Of a DNA stretch of 48,467 bases, positions 1 through 11,963 are shown in pieces. The notes beneath the pieces are model-generated. The model was not told the origin of the DNA. It ran no database searches and saw only the letters and a program-made list of their open reading frames with translations. Position 1 is the first letter of the stretch, and every line of letters begins with the position of its first letter. The DNA is taken from NCBI GenBank assembly GCA_964420685.1, contig CAYQUI010000004.1, positions 1-48,467 of the forward strand, in the 5' to 3' direction. Source of the DNA: an uncultured Lentisphaeraceae bacterium (GTDB taxonomy: Bacteria > Verrucomicrobiota > Kiritimatiellia > RFP12 > UBA1067). A program made the translations under genes and the position numbers.

Positions 1-2
1 TT

Positions 3-106
3 TGGCCGTTCGACGTCGAGGCGTTTGAGCGGACGCTGGAACGGAAGATGGCGCGAGCATTTGCGCTTTGCGGGGCGGGCCGAGTTTTTGCTATAATATG
101 TGCAAT

Positions 107-110
<4 letters not shown>
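3..110 (+). CDS. 3' end of an upstream gene (partial, product unknown)
   Basis: Frame 3 is open from the window edge (...WPFDVEAFERTLERKMARAF...) to TGA 108-110, which overlaps the secA ATG (ATGA). Only the first ~20 codons look protein-like. The AT-rich tail coincides with the promoter island and may be non-coding. Confidence 0.25.
89..97 (+). promoter_or_regulatory. Extended -10 promoter element TGcTATAAT upstream of secA
   Basis: Perfect TATAAT at 92-97 preceded by TG at 89-90, in otherwise GC-rich DNA. The hexamer ends 10 nt before the secA ATG at 107. Confidence 0.5.
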
Positions 111-3154
<3,044 letters not shown>

Positions 3155-3155
3155 C

Positions 3156-3824
3156 ATGACGACGGCAATTATCGTGGCGGCAGGAAAGTCGGAGCGCATG
3201 GGCGCGAACGTCGACAAGGCGTTCCTCTCGCTCGTGGACAAGCCCGTGGTGGCGTGGTCGCTTCTCGCGTTCGAGCGGTGCCCCGACATCGACCGCATCG
3301 TCCTTGTTGTCCGCAAGGAGCAGCAACTCGCGGCGAAGGCCGTCGCGAAGATGTTCGGCATCTCCAAGCTCGACAAGATCGTGGCGGGCGGAAAGACGCG
3401 CGCCGAGTCGGTCGCGGCGGGCTTTGCCGCGTGTGACATCGACACGCGGGCGGTCGTCGTCCACGACGGCGCGCGGCCGCTCGTGAAGAGCGCGCTCGTC
3501 TCCGAGGTCGTCAAGGCCGTGAAGCGGTCGCCGTCGGTCGCCGTCGGGCGTCCGATGACGGATTCGGTCAAGCGCGTCGAGAAGGGCGTGACCGTCTCGG
3601 AGACCGTGCCGCGCGAGAAGCTTTGGACGGTGCAGACGCCGCAGGCCTTTCAGGTGAAGGATTTTCGCGCGGCCTACAAGGCCCTTGCCAAGAAGGACGT
3701 CACGGACGACAGCCAGGTGCTGGAATTGAACGGCGTTCCGACGAAGATTCTTCTCTCGCTCGCGCCGAACGTCAAGGTCACCACGCCGGAGGATCTGCAG
3801 CTCGCCGCTGCGCTGTTGAAGTAG
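3156..3824 (+). CDS. ispD: 2-C-methyl-D-erythritol 4-phosphate cytidylyltransferase
   Basis: MTTAIIVAAGKSERMG nucleotide-binding loop and overall IspD-like sequence (VVVHDGARP, VQTPQAF). ATG 3156 lies 1 nt after the secA stop; the track ORF start at 3048 overlaps secA. Confidence 0.9.
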   Translation: MTTAIIVAAGKSERMGANVDKAFLSLVDKPVVAWSLLAFERCPDIDRIVLVVRKEQQLAAKAVAKMFGISKLDKIVAGGKTRAESVAAGFAACDIDTRAVVVHDGARPLVKSALVSEVVKAVKRSPSVAVGRPMTDSVKRVEKGVTVSETVPREKLWTVQTPQAFQVKDFRAAYKALAKKDVTDDSQVLELNGVPTKILLSLAPNVKVTTPEDLQLAAALLK

Positions 3825-4559
3825 ATGGACAAGCTTTTCGCCATCCTGGGGGACATCCACGCGAACCTCGACGCGCTCGAGGTCGTGCTGGACGACTGTC
3901 GCCAGCAGGGCGTGACGGACTACCTGTGCACGGGCGACGTCGTCGGCTACAACGCCCGTCCGCATGAATGCCTTGAGATCGTGCGCGGCCTTGGCTGTCC
4001 GATCGTGATGGGCAACCACGACTACTACGTCTCGACCGACAACCTCGACCTCGACGACTTCAATCCGCACGCGGCCGCTGTCATCGACTGGACGAAGCGT
4101 CAGCTGTCCGACGAGGAGCTGGCGTTCCTGCACGACCTGCCGTTCGTGGCGACGAAGATGGGCGTCACGCTCGTCCATGCGACGATGGATCATCCCGAAG
4201 GCTTCGGCTACGTCTTCGACCACCTGCAGGCCGAGTCGAATTTCTTTCATCAGATCACGCCGTTCTGCTTCCATGGTCACACGCATTGTCCGATGATCTA
4301 CGAGAAGCAGATGGCGGGCGTCTACCGTATTGACGCGCAGGACTTCAAGCTGCCGATCGGGCGCAAGTACTTCATCAACGTCGGCTCGGTCGGCCAGCCG
4401 CGCGACGGCGATCCGCGCGCGGCGTATGTCCTCTATTCGCCGAAGGAGCGGACGGTGCGCTTCCGTCGGCTCGACTATGACGTCGCGGCCGCCCAGGCGA
4501 AGATTCGCGAGGCGGGCCTGCCCGAACGGCTGGCCCAGCGCCTGGCGCTCGGGCAGTGA
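3825..4559 (+). CDS. Cytoplasmic metallophosphoesterase (calcineurin-like, YfcE/PrpE-like)
   Basis: Motifs GDIHAN, GDVVGY, GNHD and GHTH in the canonical order. The ATG directly abuts the ispD stop. Confidence 0.8.
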   Translation: MDKLFAILGDIHANLDALEVVLDDCRQQGVTDYLCTGDVVGYNARPHECLEIVRGLGCPIVMGNHDYYVSTDNLDLDDFNPHAAAVIDWTKRQLSDEELAFLHDLPFVATKMGVTLVHATMDHPEGFGYVFDHLQAESNFFHQITPFCFHGHTHCPMIYEKQMAGVYRIDAQDFKLPIGRKYFINVGSVGQPRDGDPRAAYVLYSPKERTVRFRRLDYDVAAAQAKIREAGLPERLAQRLALGQ

Positions 4560-4590
4560 GGCGCAGGTCGGTCGGCGAGCGGTCTGTTTT

Positions 4591-4599
4591 TGGTATACT
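4591..4599 (+). promoter_or_regulatory. Extended -10 promoter element TGgTATACT upstream of iorA
   Basis: AT-rich island in the 72-nt gap. It is followed by a ~30-nt leader with SD AAGGAGAG before ATG 4632. Confidence 0.45.
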
Positions 4600-4631
4600 A
4601 TGCCGAAATTTTCAAGGAGAGTGAAAGCGGA

Positions 4632-6422
4632 ATGAAGAAGTTTCTGAGTGCGAACGAGGCGGTCGCCCATGCGGCGGCGCAGGCGGGGTGCGTGGTGGCG
4701 TCGGCCTATCCGGGCACGCCCTCGACGGAGATTCTGGAGAACGTCGCGAAGTTCAAGGACACGATTCGCTGCGAGTGGGCGGTGAACGAGAAGGTCGCCG
4801 TCGAGACGGCCGTCGGCGCGTCGATGGCGGGGGCGCGCGCGCTCACGGCGATGAAGCACGTCGGCCTGAACGTCGCGATGGATCCGCTCATGACGTTCAC
4901 CTACGTCGGCCCGCTTGGCGGATTTGTCCTCGTCTCGGCGGACGATCCCGGCATGCACTCCTCGCAGAACGAGCAGGACAACCGCAATCTCGCGAAGTTC
5001 GCGCGCGCGCTTCTCCTCGAGCCGGCGGACTCGCAGGAGGCCTACGACATGACGCGCGAGGCGTTTGAGCTCTCCGAGCAGTTCCGCGTGCCGGTGATTC
5101 TGCGCCTCACGACGCGCACGAGCCATTCGTCGTCGCTCGTCGAACTGGGCGACTTCAGCCCCAAGCCGCGTCCGCTACTTCCCTACGTGAAGGACATCCG
5201 CCGCAACATCCCCGTGCCGGCGTTCTCGCCGACCCAGCGGCTCAACGCGCAGGCGCGCACGGCGGCGATGGAGACGGCGGCCTGTGCGTCGCCGTTCAAC
5301 CGCGTCGTCAAGCCGGCGGAGGGCGTGACGGCCTCGCCGGCGGCGAAGGGCCTCGGCATCGTGACGAGCGCCGTCGCCTACCAGTACGTGCGCGAGATCT
5401 TCCCGGACGTTCCGATCCTGAAGCTTGGCTGGACGAATCCGCTCCCCAAGGCGCTCGTCGCGGACTTTGCGAAGGGCGTGGAGAAGCTGCTCGTCGTCGA
5501 GGAGCTTGACCCGTTCCTCGAAGACCAGATTAAGGCGATGGGCCTTTCCGTCGTTCCGCACGAGACCGAGCTCAACATGTTCGAGCTGAACGCCGACCGT
5601 CTCCAGAACCTCCGCCACGAGATCCTGGGCGACGTGCCGATGGCCAAGGCCAAGGTTGTTGACGAGACGCTGCCGCGTCGTCCGCCTGTCCTTTGTGCGG
5701 GCTGTGGCCATCGCGGCGTCTTCTACGCCCTCCACAAACTGGGCGCGACGGTGACGGGCGACATCGGCTGCTACACGCTGGGCGCGTTTCCGCCCCTCTC
5801 GGCGATGGATTCGACGATTTGCATGGGCGCGTCAATCGGCAACGCCGCCGGCATGAAGAAGGCGGGCGTGAAGGGGCGCATCTGCGCGGTCCTTGGCGAC
5901 TCGACGTTCTTCCATTCGGGCATCACGGGAATTCTCTCGGCCCTCTACAACGGCACGCCGGTGACGACAGTCGTCCTCGACAACCGCATCACGGCGATGA
6001 CGGGCCATCAGGACAATCCCGGAACGGGCAAGACGCTGGCCGGCGACCCTGCGCCCGTGACGGAGATCGGCGACATCGCGAAGGCCTGCGGCTACCGGAA
6101 GGTCGTGAAGGTCTCGGCCGACGACCTCGCTGCGTTGGAGACGGTTCTGGCGGACGCGATGGACGGCGACGAGCCGGCGCTCGTCATCGCCTACGCGCCG
6201 TGCCGCATTGCCGCGAAGCTGACGAAGGAAGGCCTGTGCGCCACGGATTCGGCCAAGTGCAAGGCGTGCGGCGCGTGCTTCAAGCTCGGTTGCCCCGCGA
6301 TCACGCGCGGCGAGGAGGTCGCGCCCGGCCGCTTCAAGATGCGGATTGACCCCGACCTGTGCGCGGGCTGCACGCACTGCACGCAGGTCTGCAAGTTCGG
6401 CGCGATCACGCGCATTCGCTGA
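4632..6422 (+). CDS. iorA: Indolepyruvate:ferredoxin oxidoreductase alpha subunit (2-oxoacid:ferredoxin oxidoreductase family)
   Basis: N-terminus MKKFLSANEAVAHAAAQAGCVVASAYPGTPSTEILE, a TPP-binding region (GDSTFFHSG) and two C-terminal ferredoxin-type Cys clusters (CKACGAC...C and CAGCTHCTQVC). Start set at ATG 4632 behind the SD. Confidence 0.85.
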   Translation: MKKFLSANEAVAHAAAQAGCVVASAYPGTPSTEILENVAKFKDTIRCEWAVNEKVAVETAVGASMAGARALTAMKHVGLNVAMDPLMTFTYVGPLGGFVLVSADDPGMHSSQNEQDNRNLAKFARALLLEPADSQEAYDMTREAFELSEQFRVPVILRLTTRTSHSSSLVELGDFSPKPRPLLPYVKDIRRNIPVPAFSPTQRLNAQARTAAMETAACASPFNRVVKPAEGVTASPAAKGLGIVTSAVAYQYVREIFPDVPILKLGWTNPLPKALVADFAKGVEKLLVVEELDPFLEDQIKAMGLSVVPHETELNMFELNADRLQNLRHEILGDVPMAKAKVVDETLPRRPPVLCAGCGHRGVFYALHKLGATVTGDIGCYTLGAFPPLSAMDSTICMGASIGNAAGMKKAGVKGRICAVLGDSTFFHSGITGILSALYNGTPVTTVVLDNRITAMTGHQDNPGTGKTLAGDPAPVTEIGDIAKACGYRKVVKVSADDLAALETVLADAMDGDEPALVIAYAPCRIAAKLTKEGLCATDSAKCKACGACFKLGCPAITRGEEVAPGRFKMRIDPDLCAGCTHCTQVCKFGAITRIR

Positions 6423-6431
6423 AGGTCGTCC

Positions 6432-6731
6432 GTGCCCGCCGCGTGCTACGTCGAGACGTCGGACGGCGTCGTCCTGAATGTCCGTGCCCAGCCGCGTTCC
6501 TCGCGGGCGGGGCTGGACAGCCTGATGGGCGACGCGGTGAAGGTGCGTCTCCGTGCGGCGCCCGTGGACGGCAAGGCGAACAAGGAACTCGTCGAGACGT
6601 TGGCGGACGCCTTTGGCCTCCCGAAGGCGCGTGTCGTCTTCAAGGGGGGCGAGACGTCGAAGACGAAGCGCGTCCTGCTCGTCGGGCTTTCGGCGGCGGC
6701 TGTCGATTCCATTCTTTCCCCTCTCCAATGA
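6432..6731 (+). CDS. DUF167 (YggU-like) small protein
   Basis: 99 aa with the characteristic ...VRLRAAPVDGKANKELVETLADAFGLPKARVVFKGGETSKTKRV... signature. GTG start. Confidence 0.75.
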   Translation: MPAACYVETSDGVVLNVRAQPRSSRAGLDSLMGDAVKVRLRAAPVDGKANKELVETLADAFGLPKARVVFKGGETSKTKRVLLVGLSAAAVDSILSPLQ

Positions 6732-6746
6732 GGCAAGTCCCATCAC

Positions 6747-7565
6747 ATGAAATTCCCAATCGAACTTAAGCGTCCGCTCATCGTCTTCGACCTCGAGACC
6801 ACGGGACTCTTCCCGCGCAAGGACCGCATTCTCGAAATCGCCGCCGTCAAGATGAATCCCGACGGGACGGAGGATCGGCTTGAGCATCTCGTCAATCCCG
6901 GCATTCCGATTCCCGCCGAGACGACGGCCATCCATGGCGTGGACGACGCGACGGTGAAGGACTGTCCGACGTTTGCGGAACTGGCGGACGAGATCTACGC
7001 CTTTTTCGAGGGTTGCGACATCGCGGGTTTCAATTCCGACCGCTACGACATCCCGTGTCTGGAGGCGGAGTTCCTGCGCGTCGGGCGCAACCTCTCCGCC
7101 GCCATCGTCAACCGCGTCGACGTGCAGCGCATCTACCATCGCATGGAGCCGCGCGACCTGTCGGCGGCCGTCCGCTTCTACTGCGGCCGGGCGCACGAGG
7201 GCGCACATGGCGCGCTGGCGGACGCCGTGGCGACGCGCGACGTTCTCGCCGCGCAGCTGGCGCGTGCGCAGACGGCGGCGGACGGAGATCGCTATGCCGA
7301 GCTGAAGGGCAAGGACATCGCGGCGATCGACAACTATCTGGTGCCGCATGATCCGCTCAATGCCGACCGTGCGGGCATGTTCCGCTGGCGCGACGGCGTC
7401 CTCTACGTGAACTTCGGCAAGAAGAAGGGCGAGCCGCTGAAGCGGATCATGCTCAAGGAGCCGAGTTTCCTCCAGTGGATCGTGCGGGGAGACTTCGACA
7501 CGGACGTGAAGGCGATTGCCGCCAATGCGCTTGAAGGGCGGCTTCCGCCGCCGCCCGCCGTCTGA
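6747..7565 (+). CDS. DEDDh 3'-5' exonuclease (DnaQ/epsilon-like domain) with C-terminal extension
   Basis: ExoI motif VFDLETTGL, ExoII FNSDRYD and ExoIII H..ALADA. The C-terminal region (FGKKKGEPLKRIMLKEPSFLQWI) is typical of stand-alone exonucleases of this type. Confidence 0.8.
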   Translation: MKFPIELKRPLIVFDLETTGLFPRKDRILEIAAVKMNPDGTEDRLEHLVNPGIPIPAETTAIHGVDDATVKDCPTFAELADEIYAFFEGCDIAGFNSDRYDIPCLEAEFLRVGRNLSAAIVNRVDVQRIYHRMEPRDLSAAVRFYCGRAHEGAHGALADAVATRDVLAAQLARAQTAADGDRYAELKGKDIAAIDNYLVPHDPLNADRAGMFRWRDGVLYVNFGKKKGEPLKRIMLKEPSFLQWIVRGDFDTDVKAIAANALEGRLPPPPAV

Positions 7566-7606
7566 CGGCGGGCCGTGGACGCGATGAGGGCAGGAGGCAG
7601 GGAATC

Positions 7607-8488
7607 ATGACGCGCATCGAGACGTTCGGGTGGCGAGGGGCCGTCGAGCCGGGGATCGGGCGCATTGTCTCCGCGCATGGCGACTACTACCATCTCGTCT
7701 GCAACGAGCAGCCGACGGGCGAGATTCTTGCCCGCAAGAAGAAGAGCGCGTTCACGCGCATGAAGACGGCCGCGCCCGACAGCATGAAGGGGCTTCGGGC
7801 CTCCGACGTTCAGGCGGTCGCGCCGCCGAAGCCGATGACGGGCGATTTTGTTCGCTTCCGCTACAACGACCGGGGCGATTCGCTGATTACGGAGGTCTTG
7901 CCGCGCTTTTCGCGCTTTGAGCGCCGAGATCCGACCGCGCGCCGCACGTCGCAGACGCTGGCCGTCAACTTTGACACGCTCTTCGTCATGATGAGCCTCA
8001 ACGAGGATTTTTCGACCGCGCGCATTGCGCGCTATCTCGACCTGGCGGCCGACCGGGGCGAGGCCGAGGTCGTCGTCGTGCTGACGAAGGTCGATCTCTG
8101 GCAGGACGGCGACGAAGCGTTCGTAGCGGAACTTGAGGAGACGATTGCGGGCCGTGCGCCGCTCCTTCGCCTGTCGACCCGGACGGGCGTCGGCTTGGAC
8201 GAGGTGAACGCCTATGTGCGGCCGGGTCGGACGGTCGCGTTCATCGGCTCCTCGGGCGTCGGCAAGTCGACGCTGCTCAACACGCTCGCGGGCGAGGAGT
8301 GGGCGGCGACGCAGGAGATTCAGGAATGGTCGGGGAAGGGCCGCCACACGACGACGTCGCGCGAACTCGTGATGCTGCCGTCGGGGGCCATGGTCATCGA
8401 CACGCCCGGCATTCGCGAAATCGGCCGCTTGGGCGAGGTGGATGCGATTCGCGTACGCGGCGAATCGACGCACCGCTATCGCACCTGA
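7607..8488 (+). CDS. rsgA: Ribosome small-subunit-dependent GTPase RsgA (C-terminally short form)
   Basis: Circularly permuted GTPase order: TKVDL (G4), GSSGVGKSTLLN (G1), GRHTTT (G2), DTPGIRE (G3). It ends ~25 aa after DTPG, with no Cys-rich zinc-finger domain. Confidence 0.8.
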   Translation: MTRIETFGWRGAVEPGIGRIVSAHGDYYHLVCNEQPTGEILARKKKSAFTRMKTAAPDSMKGLRASDVQAVAPPKPMTGDFVRFRYNDRGDSLITEVLPRFSRFERRDPTARRTSQTLAVNFDTLFVMMSLNEDFSTARIARYLDLAADRGEAEVVVVLTKVDLWQDGDEAFVAELEETIAGRAPLLRLSTRTGVGLDEVNAYVRPGRTVAFIGSSGVGKSTLLNTLAGEEWAATQEIQEWSGKGRHTTTSRELVMLPSGAMVIDTPGIREIGRLGEVDAIRVRGESTHRYRT

Positions 8489-8498
8489 GGAGGAGAAG

Positions 8499-9596
8499 AT
8501 GGCTCTGACGACGTTTGCCATTACGGCCTTTCCCTTCCTCTGCGCGGCATTGGGCCTTTTGACGTTCGTCTGGCCGTCGCGACTGGGCGTGCGCGGCAAG
8601 GCGATCTGGTCGATGATTCTTCTTCTGGGCGCATCGAAATTTGTCGTGTTCGAGGCTCTGGGCGGCAACCGCTATTCGCCGGAGTTGCCGGAGAAACTGA
8701 TTTGGGCGCTCAACTTCGTGAACTCCGTCCTTTACGTGCTCGTTGCGTTGAGCCTCGTCTGGTGGACGCGGCGCGGACGGCGCGTCCTCCTTCCGGCGCT
8801 GGCCGTTGCCCTCGCGGCGTGGGGGCAGTTGGAGGGGACGCGGGCGCCGCAGGTGAAGGAGGTCGCGCTTACGTGTCCGAGACTCCCCGTCGAACTGGAC
8901 GGGTATCGCATCCTCCAGCTTTCCGACATTCACTGCTCGAGCGCGGCGCGCGGCTGGCGGACGCGGGTGGTCGTCGCGGCCGCGAACGCGGCGAAGGCCG
9001 ATCTCATCTGTCTGACGGGCGACTATGTGGACGGCAAGGTCGTCCATCGCGAACGGGACATGGCGCCGTTTCGCGAACTGCGGGCGCGCGACGGCGTCTG
9101 GTGGGTGACGGGCAACCACGAGTTCTATTTGGACGGCCTGCGTTGGGAGAAGTGGTATCGGAAGAACGGCTTCCGCTTCCTCGTGAACGACAGCGTCCGT
9201 CCGCAGCCGCGCCTTGTGCTCGCGGGCGTGAACGACTCGGCCGTCGAATGGTACGGCGGCTATGGAAATGCCCTGCCAAATGTTGCGGAGGCCTTTCGCG
9301 GAAGTCGTTCGGACGATTTTCGCGTCCTGCTTGAGCACCGGCCGAAGAACTTTCGCGAGAATGTCCGTCGCCACGGCGTCGACCTGCAGCTCTCCGGCCA
9401 TACCCACGGCGGCATTGCGCCGCTCATCGAGCGGCTGGTCGCCTGCCTGAACGGCGGCTTTGTGCGGGGGCTTTACCGCGAGGGGGACGCCTTCCTCTAC
9501 GTGAGTCCCGGCGGCGGTCTTTGGGCGGGCTTTCCGCTTCGCTTCTTCGATCCGGCCGAGATCACGGTCTTCACGCTCCGCCGGCCGCAGACGTGA
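8499..9596 (+). CDS. Membrane-anchored metallophosphoesterase (YkuE/YaeI-like)
   Basis: N-terminal hydrophobic helices followed by LQLSDIHCS, GDYVDG, GNHEF and GHTHGG motifs. ATG 8499 is preceded by GGAGGAG. Confidence 0.8.
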   Translation: MALTTFAITAFPFLCAALGLLTFVWPSRLGVRGKAIWSMILLLGASKFVVFEALGGNRYSPELPEKLIWALNFVNSVLYVLVALSLVWWTRRGRRVLLPALAVALAAWGQLEGTRAPQVKEVALTCPRLPVELDGYRILQLSDIHCSSAARGWRTRVVVAAANAAKADLICLTGDYVDGKVVHRERDMAPFRELRARDGVWWVTGNHEFYLDGLRWEKWYRKNGFRFLVNDSVRPQPRLVLAGVNDSAVEWYGGYGNALPNVAEAFRGSRSDDFRVLLEHRPKNFRENVRRHGVDLQLSGHTHGGIAPLIERLVACLNGGFVRGLYREGDAFLYVSPGGGLWAGFPLRFFDPAEITVFTLRRPQT

Positions 9597-9623
9597 GGAC
9601 GAGCGCGTTCGGCGTGGCACGTC

Positions 9624-9812
9624 TCAGGGCGTGGCGCGCCAGCGCGTGGGCGTGACGCCCGTGTGGCGGCGGAAGGCCGCGATGAAGACGGCACGGTCTG
9701 GCAGGGTCTCTCGCACGCGGCGACGCGCGTGCGCGTCGGCGCGCAGGACGCGCCCGTGCCGGCGTTCGAGAAGGCGTCCAGCGACCACTGGCGCAACTTC
9801 CTCCAAGGGCAT
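9624..9812 (-). pseudogene. Possible remnant of an AraC-family HTH C-terminus
   Basis: The 62-aa ORF ends ...FIAAFRRHTGVTPTRWRATP, resembling the last helix-turn-helix of AraC/XylS regulators. No matching N-terminal part was found in any frame. Confidence 0.3.
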
Positions 9813-10088
9813 GAAGCCCTACGAGGGGCGAATGGTCGCGATGTTCCTCTTCGCGTGTCTGCCGCTCCTTGCGCTCGGCGCGCAGCCGTTCGGCGCGGTG
9901 AGCGCGTGGTTTCCGGCGATCCTGATCGGGCAAGCCGGCGGGCTACATGGTCGTTTTCTGTTATTGCGCCGTCGCCAATCTCCTCGGCTGGGCCTGCATG
10001 AAGGCACTCGTGCCGAAGGAGAAAAAGGTGACGCTCTGACGGACGGCGGGCGGCGTTTGGGGCGCGGTGGATTCCTTGGCGAGAAAAA

Positions 10089-10097
10089 TGCTATAAT
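10089..10097 (+). promoter_or_regulatory. Extended -10 promoter element TGcTATAAT upstream of glgA
   Basis: The nonamer is identical to the one at secA. The hexamer ends 10 nt before ATG 10107 and there is no SD in between. Confidence 0.55.
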
Positions 10098-10106
10098 ACG
10101 TTTCAA

Positions 10107-11609
10107 ATGAACAGGAAAAGGCCACGGAATCCGCGCATCCTCATCGTCACTCCGGAGATCACGTATCTCCCTGAGGGCATGGGGAACCTCGCCGGCAAGA
10201 TGTCGGCGAAAGCCGGTGGCATGGCGGACGTGTCGGCTTCGCTCGTCCAGGCGCTCTACGGGCTGGGGGCCGACGTGCACGTCGCCTTGCCGCATTACCG
10301 GCGCATGTTCCACGTCGAGACGGCCCAGCTCGTCTCCGAGGAGTTGCGCAAGTACAAGAGCCACCTTTCCGACGAGCGCATTCACCTGGCCGAAGACCGT
10401 TGCTTCTACTACCGCGACACGGTCTACGACCGGGGCGACGGGAACGTGAAGCTCGCGCTGGCGTTCCAGCGCGAGGTGATCAACAACATCATTCCGCACG
10501 TCCAGCCCGACCTCATTCACTGCAACGACTGGATGACGGGGCTCATTCCGGCGGCCGCGCGCCGCATGGGGATTCCGTGCCTCTTCACCGTCCACAACAT
10601 CCACACGCAGAAGCTGAGCCTCGCGCGCGTCGAGGACGCGGGCATCGACGCGGCGGAGTTCTGGACGAACCTCTACTACGCCTATCCGCCGTACAACTAC
10701 GAGGAGTCGCGCAACAACAATCCGATCGACCTGCAGGCGTCGGGCTGCTTCGCGGCGCACTTCATCAACACGGTCTCGCCGACGTTCCTCACCGAGATCG
10801 TCAATGGCTGGCACTCGTTCATCCCCGACTCGATCCGCAACGAGATCCGCAGCAAGTACTATGCGGGCTGTGCGGCGGGCATCCTGAACGCGCCCGACGA
10901 GTCGGACAATCCGGCGACCGACGACAAGATCCCGTTCAAGTACGGCCCGGCGGATCATCGCGAGGCGAAGCGGCAGAACAAGCTCGCGCTTCAGCACGCG
11001 CTGGGCCTTGAGGAGAACGCCGACCGCGCGCTCTTCTTCTGGCCGAGCCGTCTCGACCCGATGCAGAAGGGCCCGCAGCTTTTGACGGACATTGCCTTCC
11101 GCTTCCTCGAGCGGCATCCCGACGCGCAGATCGCGGTCATCGCGAACGGCCCGTACCAGCAGCCGTTCTGGGACATCCGCGAGTTCCACCAGATCCAGTC
11201 GCGCCTGGCGGTGAGCAACTTCGACGGGCGGCTCTCCCAGCTTGGGTTCGCGGCGAGCGACTTCACGCTCATGCCGTCCCTCTTCGAGCCGTGCGGGCTG
11301 CCGCAGATGCAGGCGCCGATCTACGGCTCGCTGGCCGTCGCGCACAACACGGGCGGTCTGCACGACACGGTCGAGATGCTGGACGTCGGGCTCTCGCGCG
11401 GCAACGGCTTCCTGTTCGACACCTACGACTCGAACGGGCTCTTCTGGGCGATGGATCGGGCGATGGACTTCTTCCACCAGCCGGTCGACGTCCGCGACCG
11501 CGAGATTGCGCGCATCATGGCCGAGTCGCTCGCCCGCTTCAATCACGAGGCCTGCGCGAAGGAATACATCCAGCTTTACGAGAGGATGCTCGACCGCCCG
11601 CTCGTCTGA
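10107..11609 (+). CDS. glgA: Glycogen/starch synthase-like glycosyltransferase (GT5)
   Basis: N-terminal ILIVTPEI...KAGGMADV (a variant of the K-x-GGL-x-DV motif). The C-terminal half has the PSLFEPCGLPQM and NTGGLHDTV motifs typical of GlgA. Confidence 0.85.
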   Translation: MNRKRPRNPRILIVTPEITYLPEGMGNLAGKMSAKAGGMADVSASLVQALYGLGADVHVALPHYRRMFHVETAQLVSEELRKYKSHLSDERIHLAEDRCFYYRDTVYDRGDGNVKLALAFQREVINNIIPHVQPDLIHCNDWMTGLIPAAARRMGIPCLFTVHNIHTQKLSLARVEDAGIDAAEFWTNLYYAYPPYNYEESRNNNPIDLQASGCFAAHFINTVSPTFLTEIVNGWHSFIPDSIRNEIRSKYYAGCAAGILNAPDESDNPATDDKIPFKYGPADHREAKRQNKLALQHALGLEENADRALFFWPSRLDPMQKGPQLLTDIAFRFLERHPDAQIAVIANGPYQQPFWDIREFHQIQSRLAVSNFDGRLSQLGFAASDFTLMPSLFEPCGLPQMQAPIYGSLAVAHNTGGLHDTVEMLDVGLSRGNGFLFDTYDSNGLFWAMDRAMDFFHQPVDVRDREIARIMAESLARFNHEACAKEYIQLYERMLDRPLV

Positions 11610-11669
11610 TGCGCGGGATCGGGCAAGGAGAAGAAGACATGGCCATGAGGGCCGCATGAGAGAAAGACA

Positions 11670-11963
11670 ATGACAGCAGAAGACCTCCTGAACACATTGA
11701 CCCAGGCGCTGGCCGACACGAAGGCGCAGGACGTGAAGACCTACGACGTGCGCGGCAAGTCGGGCCTGACCGACTATTTCGTCGTCGCGACCGGCGCGGC
11801 CGCGCCGCACCTGAAGGCCCTTGTGAAGGCGATGCCGAAGCCCCACCGGATTTCGGGCGACCCCGAGTCCGGCTGGATCGTCGCCGACTATTTCGACGTC
11901 GTCGTCCACGTCTTTTCGCCGGAGGCGCGCGCCTACTACGCGCTGGAGAAGCTTTGGGCGTGA
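11670..11963 (+). CDS. rsfS: Ribosomal silencing factor RsfS (iojap-like)
   Basis: 97 aa with DYFVVATG...W.VADYFDVVVHVF.PEAR.YY.LEKLW, the RsfS signature. Confidence 0.8.
   Translation: MTAEDLLNTLTQALADTKAQDVKTYDVRGKSGLTDYFVVATGAAAPHLKALVKAMPKPHRISGDPESGWIVADYFDVVVHVFSPEARAYYALEKLWA

Noticed and set aside
68-106. Track start of secA at TTG 68. Analogous 5' extensions of other ORFs: ispD 3048, iorA 4590, phosphoesterase 8442, nrdD 16767, gpmI 20304, comEC 22270, galE 23249, pyrK 25194, pyrD 25949, DUF1080 28153, Gfo 29381, rlmI 38164, DUF4886 38826, trpB2 40639, DUF4091 43881, rluA 46564.
   Set aside because: The extensions overlap the preceding gene or run through promoter or repeat DNA. 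Conserved N-termini, SD sequences, signal peptides or -10 spacing support the internal starts used in the features.
11639-11659. Six-codon uORF (MAMRAA) and a CATGGCCATG palindrome in the glgA-rsfS gap.
   Set aside because: It is too short and has no supporting signal such as an SD, evidence of conservation or a link to attenuation. It is probably fortuitous.
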